A stretch of 64,000 bases of DNA from Thermodesulfobacteriota bacterium (GCA_040755455.1 JBFMAY010000010.1:1-64000); one strand, 5' to 3'; counted from the stretch's first letter, positions 49,118 through 60,530 are shown. Numbers and translations: made by a program. Notes: generated by a model from the sequence alone, not told the origin.

Positions 49118-50272
49118 ATGCGCATTAAAAGATTCGAAGCACCGGACAGCAAAACCGCCTTTGCCATGGTTAAAAAAGAACTTGGCGAGGATGCCGTTAT
49201 CCTGGCCAACAAAACCCTTGACGCCGGAACCGCCAACCAGCGCTATGAGGTGGTGGCGGCGATGGATTATGACCTGGAAACCATCACCGTTGCCGCGGAA
49301 AGCAGCTGCAACCTGATTCCGGACAATCAGCCGGCAATTTACGGCTATGGATCGTTCCGCCGGAAAAAAACCGATTGCCCCCCGGCAAACCCGCAGAAAC
49401 TGCAACAACCGGCCAAAAACAATGAAATCTCTTTTGAGGCCAATGATCTCCGTCTGCGTTTTACCGATCTCCTGCGGCAAAAAGGAGTTACCCCGCCAGT
49501 CAAAAACCAGCCTCCCCCCCCGGCACCATCACCTGCCCCCAGGGCCAGAAAACGTCCCGACCCTGAAGAGGTAAGCCGCTGGCGCAATCAACTCATCGAC
49601 CAGCTGCAGGTCAGGCCGCCGGCCATAGACAAGGCAAAGGCGCCGGTGATCCTGGTGCTCACCGGCCCCACCGGGGTAGGCAAGACCACCACATCGGCCA
49701 AGATCGCCGCCTGGTACAAATTACGGGAAAACCGCAAGGTGGCCCTCCTTTCCATGGACTGTTACCGCATCGGCGCAACCGATCAAATCAGAACCTACGC
49801 CCGTATCATGCAGATTCCTTGCGAGATCGTCCTGCGCAAGAACGATCTGCGCAAGGCGGTCGACCGGTACCGCGATTGCGATCTCATTATCATTGATACG
49901 GCCGGCAAGAGCCCCTATGATGCGGCGCATATCAGCGAACTTGCCAGCTGGCTCTCCGACATTGGCGGCATTGAACCCCAGCTTGTTTTAAGCGCCACCA
50001 CCAAAAAAGAAGACCTGAAATACATCATTGAAGCCTATGCCTCGCTGAGCCCGACAGGACTTATTCTGACAAAGCTGGATGAAACAAGGGCATACGCCGC
50101 CCTGTGCCAGCAGATTGCCGGAGTTGCCATCCCCATCTCCTATGTCGCCACCGGGCAGAGGGTTCCGGAAGATTTTTACGTTGCCTCAAAACCTTTCCTG
50201 GAAAAGCTGTTCAAACAGGGATGGGATGCCGTTCTCGGCAATGAAAGCTCTTACTCCGACAGCGGCTCATAA
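49118..50272 (+). CDS. flhF: SRP-type GTPase FlhF
   Basis: GPTGVGKTT, DTAG, TKLDE, GQRVPED. Confidence 0.95.
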   Translation: MRIKRFEAPDSKTAFAMVKKELGEDAVILANKTLDAGTANQRYEVVAAMDYDLETITVAAESSCNLIPDNQPAIYGYGSFRRKKTDCPPANPQKLQQPAKNNEISFEANDLRLRFTDLLRQKGVTPPVKNQPPPPAPSPAPRARKRPDPEEVSRWRNQLIDQLQVRPPAIDKAKAPVILVLTGPTGVGKTTTSAKIAAWYKLRENRKVALLSMDCYRIGATDQIRTYARIMQIPCEIVLRKNDLRKAVDRYRDCDLIIIDTAGKSPYDAAHISELASWLSDIGGIEPQLVLSATTKKEDLKYIIEAYASLSPTGLILTKLDETRAYAALCQQIAGVAIPISYVATGQRVPEDFYVASKPFLEKLFKQGWDAVLGNESSYSDSGS

Positions 50273-51171
50273 TGAGGACATTTACCATGCATCAGGCAGA
50301 CACCTTGGAAAAAATCATGGATCAGAATCAGAACTCCCGCGGGCGTTATGCGCTGTCAGCATCGGCAACGGCCCCCAGGGTCATTTGTGTGACGAGCGGC
50401 AAGGGCGGTGTAGGGAAAACCAACATTGTCGTCAATCTGGCCTACAGCCTGACAAAACTGGGGAAAAAGGTCGTGGTGCTGGATGCGGATCTCAACCTGG
50501 CCAATGTGGACGTGCTGCTGGGGCTGACCCCCCGTCATAATCTGCACCATGTTTTTCTGGGCGAAAAAACGTTAAAAGAAATCCTGGTGAAGGGGCCGGG
50601 CGGCATCGCCATTCTGCCTGCAAGCTCGGGAATTCTCGAACTCTCCGACCTGACCGAGGAGCAGAAGCTCTACTTTCTCGCCGAAATGTCAGAACTGGGG
50701 GAACAGATTGATATCCTCCTGATCGACACCGCCGCTGGCATCAACAAAAATGTCATCTACTTTACCCTGGCTGCCGAGGAGCGGGTGATCGTTCTGACGC
50801 CGGAACCCACCTCTCTTACCGACGCCTATGCCATGATCAAGGTCCTCTCCACCCGCCATGACGTAAAAAAATTCCGCATCCTGGTCAACTCGGCCCATTC
50901 AGAAAAGGAGGCGCTGGCCGTTTTCCGCCAGCTCACCCTGGTTGCGGACCGTTTCCTGGAAACACTTTCACTCGATTATCTCGGCTACATCCCATTTGAT
51001 AAAAAACTCCCCCAGGCGGTCCGGGCCCAGCGCCTTGTCACGGAACTTTCACCTCACTGTCCGGCATCCGCCATGTTTCACAAGCTCGCCAGATTCATTG
51101 CCGATGAAGACAGAGTCGTCCAGAGTGATGGAAATATTAAATTTTTCTGGAAACGGCTGCTTGATTTATAA
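50272..51171 (+). CDS. flhG: MinD-like ATPase FlhG/FleN
   Basis: SGKGGVGKT, DADLNLAN, PEPTSLTDAYA. Confidence 0.93.
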   Translation: MRTFTMHQADTLEKIMDQNQNSRGRYALSASATAPRVICVTSGKGGVGKTNIVVNLAYSLTKLGKKVVVLDADLNLANVDVLLGLTPRHNLHHVFLGEKTLKEILVKGPGGIAILPASSGILELSDLTEEQKLYFLAEMSELGEQIDILLIDTAAGINKNVIYFTLAAEERVIVLTPEPTSLTDAYAMIKVLSTRHDVKKFRILVNSAHSEKEALAVFRQLTLVADRFLETLSLDYLGYIPFDKKLPQAVRAQRLVTELSPHCPASAMFHKLARFIADEDRVVQSDGNIKFFWKRLLDL

Positions 51172-51250
51172 TATAGTAGGGCAGCGAAGTTTTTTGCCGT
51201 CTTAACGCACAAGATCGATCATTCAGCCAGGGACCACTTCACCCAGCGAC

Positions 51251-52036
51251 ATGAACAAGCAGCAGTCACCCAAATTCAAGGACTATACCAAGGCTTACTT
51301 CAGCCCTTCCTCCGAACTCTCCCCGGAAAAGCGCAATGAACTAATCCTGACCTATACTCCCCTGATCAAGTACATTGCCGGCCGCCTTGCCAGCCGCCTG
51401 CCATCACAGATTTCTCTTGATGATCTTATCAGCTGCGGCATTATCGGTCTCATCGACGCCATTGATAAATTTGATATGAGCAAAAATGTCCAGTTCAAAA
51501 CCTATGCGGAATTCCGCATCAAAGGGGCAATGCTTGACGAACTTCGCTCGCTCGACTGGGTTCCCCGCTCAATCCGCCGGAAAATTACCGAGCTGGAGCA
51601 GACTTACTCGGTGCTGGAAAAAAAATTGGGACGCCCCGCCACCGATGAGGAGATGGCGCAGGAGTTAAAGATGACCCTGGCGAATTTCCATAAACTGCTG
51701 GACGAGACCAAATCCATTACCTTTCTGGACATAGAGCTTCTCCGCCAGAAAAACACCGACAGCAAGTTGTCCGACACCCTGTCCGAGCCGTTCTCCGGGA
51801 TCGAATCCGATCCTTTTTCCGCCATCAACATCGCCCAGGTCAGGGATCTGGTGGCCAAGGCCATCGATGAGCTGCCGGAAAAGGAACGATTAACCGTATC
51901 CCTTTACTATTATAATGAGCTGACCATGAAGGAAATAGGCCAGGTCCTCGGCTATACCGAGTCACGCATCTCGCAAATGCACAGCAAGGCCATGCTGCGT
52001 CTGCGGACAAAACTAAAAAAAGCACTTGCCAGTTGA
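51251..52036 (+). CDS. fliA: RNA polymerase sigma-28 factor FliA
   Basis: FKTYAEFRIKGAMLDELRSLDW, ESRISQMH. Confidence 0.95.
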   Translation: MNKQQSPKFKDYTKAYFSPSSELSPEKRNELILTYTPLIKYIAGRLASRLPSQISLDDLISCGIIGLIDAIDKFDMSKNVQFKTYAEFRIKGAMLDELRSLDWVPRSIRRKITELEQTYSVLEKKLGRPATDEEMAQELKMTLANFHKLLDETKSITFLDIELLRQKNTDSKLSDTLSEPFSGIESDPFSAINIAQVRDLVAKAIDELPEKERLTVSLYYYNELTMKEIGQVLGYTESRISQMHSKAMLRLRTKLKKALAS

Positions 52037-52204
52037 TGCAAACTTTACGTAACCTATAAAATCATATATTTTTGGTTGTGATTATTTTTCACGAAATCCA
52101 CTTTGTTCTGCGATATCAAGTGGAATTTATTTGTTTTTGCCCGTTATCCTGATAATATTTAAAAACAATACAATGCAGCCTATATTTCCTCAGAGGTGTA
52201 TGAT

Positions 52205-52585
52205 ATGGCAGATACCAATATAAAAGTCCTTGTTGTTGATGATTTTGCCACCATGCGGAGAATTGTCAAAAACATTCTGGTGCAGCTCGGCTATAAAAAC
52301 ATCGTCGAGGCTGATGACGGCACATCCGCAATGGATGTCCTCAAGAGCGAAAAGGTGGACATGATTATTTCCGACTGGAACATGCCCAAGATGACAGGTC
52401 TCGACCTGCTCAAACATGTGCGGGGTGATGCCAAGCTGGCCAACATCCCCTTTATCATGGTTACAGCCGAGGCGCAGCAGGACAACATCATTCTTGCCGT
52501 CAAGGCCAAGGTGAGCCAGTATATCGTCAAACCCTTCACCGCTGAAACGCTTGGCGAAAAAATCGACAAGGTTTTCGGCAAATAG
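52205..52585 (+). CDS. cheY: Chemotaxis response regulator CheY
   Basis: VVDDFATMRRI, SDWNMP, MVTAEA, YIVKPF. Confidence 0.95.
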   Translation: MADTNIKVLVVDDFATMRRIVKNILVQLGYKNIVEADDGTSAMDVLKSEKVDMIISDWNMPKMTGLDLLKHVRGDAKLANIPFIMVTAEAQQDNIILAVKAKVSQYIVKPFTAETLGEKIDKVFGK

Positions 52586-52672
52586 TCGCCAGGGAGGATG
52601 CTTCCACTGCCGACCAGCGAAATACCATGCCGGCGCGTTGTGTTGCAACCTGTTGCGTTACCTTCATAAAAA

Positions 52673-53587
52673 ATGGCAAAAAACTCTGATTCAAAAGATT
52701 TATTTGATTTTGAACTACCGGAAGGACTGGACGATGACTTAGGAGGTGACTGGGAATCGGCTTTTCAGGCAGAGGATTTCATGCTCAGCCCGGAGGATGA
52801 AGCCGAAGTTTTCTTGGATAAAGAGGCTGAACCCGGCAGTGAAGACCTTGACCTGGCCTCGCTGCTGGCAAGCGATGATTCACTGCCGAAACATGCAACC
52901 CCTCCCCCTCCGGCGGCAACCGCCGCTGGTGAAATACCCGCAGAGCAAAACAAAAAAACCGTCGGGCTGACCTCTTTTCTTCCAGCAGCTCTCATTGCCA
53001 TCCTGGCCAGATATACCGGCTGGTTTCAAGCGCGGCCATTTTATCAGAAAATTCTTTTACCAGGCTTTGTGGTCGGCTCGGTTCTCTGCCTTTGCGCCGT
53101 TGTCTTTTTCCGCTCCACCGGTCAGCAACTGGCCGAGCAGCAATCCCCTGCTCCCGCGCCGCCTCTTGCAACAACGGCACCTGCCGACCAGCAAGCTCAG
53201 TCTGATCTTGCTGCTCTCTCTTCGCCCCAGCCGTCTTTCCAGCAAGCCGATACACCCGCAGCCCCCGGCAAAAACCGAAAGAAATGGCCGATGCCAGCTT
53301 TTTTCATCGCTGTCCAGCAAAAAGACAACTCGGAGAGTCTCCTGGTCAGAATTGATTTGAACCTAGTGCTTCTTCTTGATCCTGGCAGCAACATTCCCGA
53401 AGAAAAACGAGCTTTTGTCCGGGACACAATTTTTCAGTTCTTTGCCAACCGCCCACCCGAAGAGTTGCGCCGCTATTCTCTTGCCAGAGGTGAGATGATC
53501 CGCAATCTTGACGCTTGGCTGCAAAAGGAATGGCCGCAAAATCCCATTGCCTCCATCATGTTTGATCGTTACCAGGTCCTTAATTAA
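52673..53587 (+). CDS. FliL-like membrane protein with long acidic N-terminal extension
   Basis: Acidic N-terminus, TM helix, Pro/Ala/Gln linker, FliL-like C-domain (FFIAV...VRDTIFQFF). Confidence 0.6.
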   Translation: MAKNSDSKDLFDFELPEGLDDDLGGDWESAFQAEDFMLSPEDEAEVFLDKEAEPGSEDLDLASLLASDDSLPKHATPPPPAATAAGEIPAEQNKKTVGLTSFLPAALIAILARYTGWFQARPFYQKILLPGFVVGSVLCLCAVVFFRSTGQQLAEQQSPAPAPPLATTAPADQQAQSDLAALSSPQPSFQQADTPAAPGKNRKKWPMPAFFIAVQQKDNSESLLVRIDLNLVLLLDPGSNIPEEKRAFVRDTIFQFFANRPPEELRRYSLARGEMIRNLDAWLQKEWPQNPIASIMFDRYQVLN

Positions 53588-53620
53588 TCACCTGCCCTGC
53601 AATAATACAATCCTGTAAAC

Positions 53621-53662
53621 TTTTCTAAATTTTATTACAATTATGTAATAAAATTTAGAAAA
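53621..53662. promoter_or_regulatory. Perfect inverted repeat (19-bp arms, 4-bp spacer), putative operator/UAS of amtB
   Basis: TTTTCTAAATTTTATTACA-ATTA-TGTAATAAAATTTAGAAAA. Confidence 0.75.
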
Positions 53663-53719
53663 CATTCCCAACCACCTTTTTTTCCACCACAAAATCAACA
53701 AGATATCCTCACAAGCGTC

Positions 53720-53735
53720 TGGCACGGTGCTTGCT
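53720..53735 (+). promoter_or_regulatory. sigma54 promoter of amtB-glnB-glnD
   Basis: TGGCACG-GTGC-TTGCT, exact consensus. Confidence 0.85.
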
Positions 53736-53801
53736 GGGGTGCATGAAAAGCTTTCGCCACCTTTGCCCACAACGAGATTTTCACAGGGAGGAACCACAGA
53801 A

Positions 53802-55028
53802 ATGATCTCCGGCGCCGATACCGCTTTTATCCTTGTTTCCGCAGCACTGGTCCTGCTGATGACCCCGGGACTGGCTATTTTCTATGCCGGCATGGTGCGC
53901 GGCAAAAACGTCCTTGCCACTATACTGCAATCTTTTGTTATGATTTCGGTCGTCAGCATCGAATGGGTTTACATCGGTTACAGCATGGCCTTTGGCCCCG
54001 ACATAGCGGGACTTATCGGCGATCTGACTTTTTTCTCCCTAAAGGGAGTAACCAGCGCCCCAAGCGACTTTTACGCCACGACAATCCCCCAGAATGTGTT
54101 CATGATCTATCAGTGCATGTTTGCCGTCATCACCCCGGCGCTGATCACCGGCGCCTTTGCCGAACGCATGCGCTTCGGCCCCTTTCTCATCTTCAGCCTG
54201 GCCTGGACCATCTTGGTGTACAACCCGGTCTGCCACTGGGTTTGGGGAAATGGCGGCTGGCTCGCCGCCAGAGGCGTTCTTGATTTTGCCGGCGGACTGG
54301 TGGTGCATTTGACATCCGGCATGGCCGCCCTGGCGTCGGTTCTGGTTCTTGGCCCCCGCAAAGGGCTTGGCCGCGAAAGCCTCATGCCCCACAGCCTGCC
54401 CATGACCCTGCTCGGGACCGGCTTGCTCTGGTTCGGCTGGTTCGGCTTTAACGGCGGCAGCGCTTTGGCGGCCAACGGCATTGCCGCGACCGCTTTTATC
54501 TCCACCCATCTTGCCGGCATGGCCGGCATGGGGATGTGGCTGCTGGTCGAGTGGCTGCACCGGAAAAAACCGACAACTCTCGGCGCCGCCTCAGGGGCCA
54601 TTGCCGGCCTTGCCACTGTAACCCCCGGCGCCGGATTTATCACTCCCAATTCCGCCATCATCATCGGCATTATTGCAGGCTTTTCCTGCTATCTGGCCGT
54701 CAACCTGAAAAACAGAATCGGTTTTGATGACAGCCTGGACGTTGTCGGCATCCACGGCCTGGGCGGCATAATCGGCACAATCTGCCTCGGCCTTTTTGCC
54801 ACCAAGACCGCCAACCCCAATGGCGCCGACGGCCTTTTTGCCGGCAATGCGGCATTTCTGGCCACCCAGCTATTCGGAGTGGCGGTGGTGGGCACGTACG
54901 CCTTTGTTGTCAGCCTTATCCTGCTCAAAATCACCGGCATCATTACCGGCGGCCTCAGGGTAAGCCATGAAAATGAGGTCCTGGGCCTGGACCAGAGCGC
55001 CCACAGTGAAACAGCTTATAACATGTAA
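53802..55028 (+). CDS. amtB: Ammonium transporter AmtB
   Basis: LMTPGLAIFYAG, DFAGGLVVH, LWFGWFGFNGGS, DDSLDVVGIHG; GGAGG RBS. Confidence 0.97.
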   Translation: MISGADTAFILVSAALVLLMTPGLAIFYAGMVRGKNVLATILQSFVMISVVSIEWVYIGYSMAFGPDIAGLIGDLTFFSLKGVTSAPSDFYATTIPQNVFMIYQCMFAVITPALITGAFAERMRFGPFLIFSLAWTILVYNPVCHWVWGNGGWLAARGVLDFAGGLVVHLTSGMAALASVLVLGPRKGLGRESLMPHSLPMTLLGTGLLWFGWFGFNGGSALAANGIAATAFISTHLAGMAGMGMWLLVEWLHRKKPTTLGAASGAIAGLATVTPGAGFITPNSAIIIGIIAGFSCYLAVNLKNRIGFDDSLDVVGIHGLGGIIGTICLGLFATKTANPNGADGLFAGNAAFLATQLFGVAVVGTYAFVVSLILLKITGIITGGLRVSHENEVLGLDQSAHSETAYNM

Positions 55029-55113
55029 TGAGCACGGAGCCAAAAAATTACTTAGAGCAAAGCGTTCTTTGCGGTAAAGTGAAAATTTATTGTAAAAAAC
55101 CCGCAAAGAATAA

Positions 55114-55476
<363 letters not shown>

Positions 55477-58002
55477 ATGGTGACGGAACTGCGCGCCAGA
55501 CGTGATGCCCTGGAGACATTATGGCGCCAAGGCTTAAGCGGGCATGCCCTGCTTGAAAAGCACACCAGCCTGATGGATGCGGCCCTTGCAGAGTATTTCC
55601 GGCAGAGCGGGGCAGACCCGGAAAACATGTGCCTGGTTGCCCTGGGTGGTTACGGCAGGAAAGAACTTTTCCCCTACTCGGATATCGATCTCATGCTGCT
55701 CTATCATCCGGGCGTGGAAAAACAGCTCAACGATGTTGCGGAAGCCATATTTTATCCGCTTTGGGATGCCGGCCTGGAAGTCGGGCATGGGGTAAGAACA
55801 CCCGCCACATGCATCGAACAGGCCGGCAAAGATTTTTTTCTCCAGGTCTCCCTGCTCGATGCAAGGCCTGTTGCCGGCTCCCCGGATCTTTTTGCCGATC
55901 TGCTTGCGGATTTCCAAAAAACATTCGTGGTGGGCCAGCGCAAAACTTTTTTGCAGGGCATGCTTTTCCATCGACGGAAACGCCATGAGCGCTTCGGCAA
56001 CCACAGCTACCTGCTTGAGCCGCATATCAAGGAGAGCCGCGGTGGATTCCGCGATATCCAGGCCATGCTCTGGTCGGCCCAGGTACTGTTCAACCTCAAA
56101 CATCCCCAAGATCTGGAGAGGGCCGGCCTGATATCTCCAGAAGAGCTGCAGACATTTGCAAAGGCCAGCGACACCCTTGTCAAAATAAGAAACCGCCTCC
56201 ATTACATCAGCGGCCGCAAAAACGACCAGCTTTTTTTTGAACACCAGGAGGAAATGGCCAAGGCCTTTGGCTACAAAGATGAGCAGGGCATGCTCGGAGT
56301 CGAGCGTTTCATGCGCGACATCCATGACCAGCTGCAGACAATCGCCCTGACCACAGACCTTTTTTTCGAGCATGCCATCGAGGTTCTTGGACTTGCCGAG
56401 GCTGGCAAGCAGCCGCAGGACAAGGAACTGGAAAAAGGTATCACCCTTCGCCAGGGACGTATCCATCTGACAGACATCTCCCTGGCAGCCAAACGCCCTT
56501 ACTTACTCATGCGTGTCTTTGCCCAGGTTGCCCAGACAGGCAACCCCCTGCACCACCGCACAAAAAAACTCATCAGCGGCCATCTCCAACTTGTTAATGA
56601 AAGATCGCGTCATTCCAAAAGGATGAACAAGGCCTTTCTGGAAACCATCCAGGGATCAAACCCGCTGCCGGCCCTTACTGACATGCTGGAAACCGGCCTG
56701 CTTTCCGCCTATATCCCTGAGTTTCTTCACCTGAAATCCCTGGCCCAGCATGACATCTATCATGTTTTCACCGTCGACCGCCATCTGTTGCAAACAGTCG
56801 AGGAAATCAATCAACTCCGCGCTCTGGAACACACGCTTTTTATCACTGTCCCTTCACCGTATATACTTTTTCTTGCCGCCCTGCTGCATGACATCGGCAA
56901 AGGGTACGGGAAAAACCATGCTGAATACGGCGCTGAACTGGCAAGCGATATCGGCAAACGGCTGAGAATGGCTGAGGCTGACATTAAATGCCTCACTTTC
57001 CTGATCCGCGAGCATCTTTTTTTAGCGGAAATCGCCCAACGCCGGGATCTGGAAGATGAGGCGCTCATTGTCCGTTGCGCCAAGCAGCTCAATGACCCGG
57101 ATCGGCTTACCATGCTTTACCTGCTGACCATCGCCGACGCGAAAGCAACAGGCCCCTCTGCCTGGTCGGATTGGAAGGCCGCGCTGCTGCAGGAACTCTA
57201 CCTAAAGGTGACGAGCGCTTTGAGTCGCGAAGACCTCACCCTGCCTGATCCGCGCCAGGAGATTGCCTGGATGCGAGGGCAGGTTTCCGCCCTGCTGGGC
57301 GACAGCCCAACCGTTCCCTTGAAAATCCTGCCGGACGATTATCTGCTCGGCAACTCTCCAGATGCGGTTGTCACCCATATTCGCCTGCATGAAGAGCTGA
57401 AGCAACACGAGGTGATCGTCAAACCGAGCCAGGAAAAAGGCCACTGGTCTATCCTGATAATGGCCCAGGACCGACCGGGAATCTTAAGCAAAATCTGCGG
57501 GGTGATGGCCCTGCACAATCTTAAAGTTCTTGCCGCGCAGATTTACACCTGGGTTGATGGCACGATTGTTGATATACTACATGTTACATCGACCCTGGAC
57601 AATCAATTCGAGGACCAGAACTGGCAAGCGCTGGAGGATGACTTGGGCCAAGCGATCCATTTCAGGATCGGACTCACCCATCGCCTTCACAAAAAACTGA
57701 CCTCCCTGGGCGCCGCTCCCGTGCAAATGGGCCAGCGGCCGCCGGCAAAGGTGGTCATAGATCCTGACGCCTCTGACAATTTCACGGTTATTGAAGTATA
57801 TGCCGTGAACAGGCCAGGCCTGCTTTACGATATTACGCGCACCCTGTCTGATTTCGGCATCAACACCTTCCGAGCCAAAATCGGCACCAAGGCAGACCAG
57901 GTCGTGGATGTCTTTTATGTGCTGGATCACCAGGGCCTTAAGATCGAGGATCCGGCCTTTAAGCATGAAATAAAAAACGGTCTGCTTCATGCTGCCGCAT
58001 GA
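55477..58002 (+). CDS. glnD: [Protein-PII] uridylyltransferase
   Basis: ALGGYGRKELFPYSDIDL, HD domain LLHDIGKG, two ACT domains. Confidence 0.95.
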   Translation: MVTELRARRDALETLWRQGLSGHALLEKHTSLMDAALAEYFRQSGADPENMCLVALGGYGRKELFPYSDIDLMLLYHPGVEKQLNDVAEAIFYPLWDAGLEVGHGVRTPATCIEQAGKDFFLQVSLLDARPVAGSPDLFADLLADFQKTFVVGQRKTFLQGMLFHRRKRHERFGNHSYLLEPHIKESRGGFRDIQAMLWSAQVLFNLKHPQDLERAGLISPEELQTFAKASDTLVKIRNRLHYISGRKNDQLFFEHQEEMAKAFGYKDEQGMLGVERFMRDIHDQLQTIALTTDLFFEHAIEVLGLAEAGKQPQDKELEKGITLRQGRIHLTDISLAAKRPYLLMRVFAQVAQTGNPLHHRTKKLISGHLQLVNERSRHSKRMNKAFLETIQGSNPLPALTDMLETGLLSAYIPEFLHLKSLAQHDIYHVFTVDRHLLQTVEEINQLRALEHTLFITVPSPYILFLAALLHDIGKGYGKNHAEYGAELASDIGKRLRMAEADIKCLTFLIREHLFLAEIAQRRDLEDEALIVRCAKQLNDPDRLTMLYLLTIADAKATGPSAWSDWKAALLQELYLKVTSALSREDLTLPDPRQEIAWMRGQVSALLGDSPTVPLKILPDDYLLGNSPDAVVTHIRLHEELKQHEVIVKPSQEKGHWSILIMAQDRPGILSKICGVMALHNLKVLAAQIYTWVDGTIVDILHVTSTLDNQFEDQNWQALEDDLGQAIHFRIGLTHRLHKKLTSLGAAPVQMGQRPPAKVVIDPDASDNFTVIEVYAVNRPGLLYDITRTLSDFGINTFRAKIGTKADQVVDVFYVLDHQGLKIEDPAFKHEIKNGLLHAAA

Positions 58003-58037
58003 CGCTTTTGCTAAAATTTATACATTTTCGTGTTGTA

Positions 58038-58055
58038 TATTACAATATTGTAATA
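58038..58055. promoter_or_regulatory. 18-bp palindrome, putative operator upstream of glutamine synthetase
   Basis: TATTACAATATTGTAATA; same half-sites as the amtB element. Confidence 0.7.
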
Positions 58056-58313
58056 AATAAAAAAACTTGCCTCCCGTGGCAGAATATGGAATTAAGCCCT
58101 ATTCAATAACGTGAGGCAGCGGAGAGCCCCTGCCATTTTAAAAACAAGGCGTAGACTTGAGGCTTTGCGCGAGGCGTGTGTATTGACCACCATGAGTCGA
58201 GAAAGGCCCCAGACAAAGACATCAGAACTTGCCAAGCAAACATCCTGAAAACATGAATATTCCCGGCAGAGGGGATCATAATTCAGCAATCATTATGCAA
58301 GGAGAAAACAACA

Positions 58314-60452
58314 ATGTGTATCGAATGTAAAAACGGAAGCCGCCCTGATCTAAATTTACACAACCTTAACGTGCCGGGCCTTTTCGCCTCCAATGTCTTC
58401 AGCGAAAAGATCATGAAAGAGCGACTGCCCAAGGAAACCTACAAGGCGCTGCGGCAAACGATCGAAATGGGAGTTGGCCTGAAACCGGAAATCGCCGCCG
58501 TGGTCGCCAATGCCATGAAGGATTGGGCCATCGAGAAAGGCGCCACCCACTATACTCACTGGTTTCAACCGCTTACCGGCTCAACCGCTGAAAAACATGA
58601 TTCCTTTATTGCCCCGACGGCGGATGGCAGTGTGATCATGGAGTTCTCCGGCAAACAGCTCATTCAGGGCGAACCGGACGCCTCATCTTTTCCCAGCGGC
58701 GGCCTGCGCGCCACCTTTGAGGCGCGCGGCTACACCGCCTGGGACTGCACCTCGCCGGCCTTCCTCAAGGAAGACGCCGCCGGCAACGTCACTCTGTGTA
58801 TTCCAACCGCCTTCTGCTCCTATAAAGGCGAGGCCCTGGACAAAAAAACCCCGCTGCTCCGGTCCATGGCCGCTGTATCCGCCCAGGCCCTGCGGGTTCT
58901 TCGGGCGCTCGGCAACACCACCTCCATACGAGTCACCTCCACCGTTGGTGCCGAGCAGGAGTATTTCCTGGTGGAAAAGGAATACTTCCTGAAACGCCTT
59001 GATCTCCTTACCTGCGGCAGAACACTTTTCGGCGCCCCCGCTCCCAAGGGCCAGGAACTTGAAGACCAGTATTTCGGCGCCATCAAGGATCGCGTTTCCG
59101 CCTTCATGAAGGATCTTGACATTGAACTGTGGAAAATGGGCATCACCTCCAAAACCAAACACAACGAGGTTGCCCCGGCCCAGTATGAGATGGCTCCTGT
59201 TTTCGCCACCACCAACATCGCCGCCGATCACAATCAACTGGTCATGGAAACCATGCAGAAGGTGGCCCTGCGGCACGGCATGGTCTGCCTGCTGCACGAA
59301 AAACCATACGCAGGGGTCAACGGTTCCGGCAAGCACAACAACTGGTCACTGAGCACCGATGACGGCATCAACCTGCTTGATCCAGGCACCACCCCTGAGG
59401 ACAATGCCCAGTTTCTCGTTTTCCTCTGCGCCCTGCTGAAAGCCGTGGATACCCATGCCGACATCATGCGCGGCACCTGCGGCAGTTCCGGCAACGATCA
59501 CCGCTTAGGTGCCAACGAGGCGCCGCCGGCCATTATTTCCGTATTCCTCGGCGATGAGCTCTCCGACATCCTCCTCAATCTGGCGAAAGGTGAGAAAGCC
59601 CCTAAAAAAGGAGATGCATTCCTGAAGATCGGCGTTGACTCACTGCCCGAGCTGCCAAAGGACAACACCGACCGCAATCGCACCTCCCCCTTTGCCTTTA
59701 CCGGCAACAAATTTGAATTCCGCATGGTCGGCTCCTCCCAGTCGATTTCCGGCCCCAATGTGGCGCTGAACAGCATCGCCGCTGAGGCGCTTGACGAGAT
59801 CGCCACCCGTCTTGAGAAGGCCAAGGACGTTAACACCGAAATTCTCAATATCATCAAAGACACCGTAAAGGGCCATGAGAGGATCATCTTCAACGGCAAC
59901 AACTACAGCCAGGAGTGGGAGAAAGAGGCTGAGAAAAGGGGCCTTCCCAACACCAAGACCACGGTTGACGCCCTGAAATCCTTTGTCACCCCCAAGGCCA
60001 TCAAGCTGTTTGCCAAATACAATGTCCTCAGCAAGGAAGAGCTGCACTCCCGTTACGACATCTACACCGAACAGTTCTCAAAACACATCAATATCGAGGC
60101 GCAGACCGCCATGCAGATGGTGCGCAGACTGTATTTCCCGGCTGCGATCCGCTACATGACGGAGCTCGGCAACTCCATGGCAGTGGCGGGCAAATCAGCC
60201 TCCGTGCAGAAGGAGCTGCAGGAAACCATCGGCAATCTGCTTGCCTCGGCAAACAAGAAACTCAAAAAACTCGAAGAAGAAACAGCCAAAGCTCAAGCCA
60301 TTGACAAGGTGGAGAAACAGGCCGTTGCCTTCCGCGACAAGGTGAGGTCCAGCATGAACGAACTGCGTGCCGACATTGACGCAATCGAGGTGCTGATGCC
60401 CAGCGATCTCTGGCCCGTGCCGGTTTACAGCGATATGCTGTTTAAACTTTAG
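58314..60452 (+). CDS. glnA: Glutamine synthetase type III
   Basis: 712 aa; [64 protein letters not shown]. Confidence 0.96.
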   Translation: MCIECKNGSRPDLNLHNLNVPGLFASNVFSEKIMKERLPKETYKALRQTIEMGVGLKPEIAAVVANAMKDWAIEKGATHYTHWFQPLTGSTAEKHDSFIAPTADGSVIMEFSGKQLIQGEPDASSFPSGGLRATFEARGYTAWDCTSPAFLKEDAAGNVTLCIPTAFCSYKGEALDKKTPLLRSMAAVSAQALRVLRALGNTTSIRVTSTVGAEQEYFLVEKEYFLKRLDLLTCGRTLFGAPAPKGQELEDQYFGAIKDRVSAFMKDLDIELWKMGITSKTKHNEVAPAQYEMAPVFATTNIAADHNQLVMETMQKVALRHGMVCLLHEKPYAGVNGSGKHNNWSLSTDDGINLLDPGTTPEDNAQFLVFLCALLKAVDTHADIMRGTCGSSGNDHRLGANEAPPAIISVFLGDELSDILLNLAKGEKAPKKGDAFLKIGVDSLPELPKDNTDRNRTSPFAFTGNKFEFRMVGSSQSISGPNVALNSIAAEALDEIATRLEKAKDVNTEILNIIKDTVKGHERIIFNGNNYSQEWEKEAEKRGLPNTKTTVDALKSFVTPKAIKLFAKYNVLSKEELHSRYDIYTEQFSKHINIEAQTAMQMVRRLYFPAAIRYMTELGNSMAVAGKSASVQKELQETIGNLLASANKKLKKLEEETAKAQAIDKVEKQAVAFRDKVRSSMNELRADIDAIEVLMPSDLWPVPVYSDMLFKL

Positions 60453-60469
60453 CCAGCAGAAAGAAATCG

Positions 60470-60530
60470 CGGCAGCAGAGGGGAAAGACCGACAGCCCCC
60501 ATCTGCTGCCGGCCAAGCTTTTCGTTTTCC
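60470..60530 (+). terminator. Hairpin after glnA, probable terminator
   Basis: CGGCAGCAGA-GGGG...CCCC-A-TCTGCTGCCG followed by an interrupted T-rich tract. Confidence 0.5.

Noticed and set aside
52110..52160. Possible sigma28 promoter before cheY (TCAAG...CCCGTTAT)
   Set aside because: Spacing too long for the sigma28 consensus
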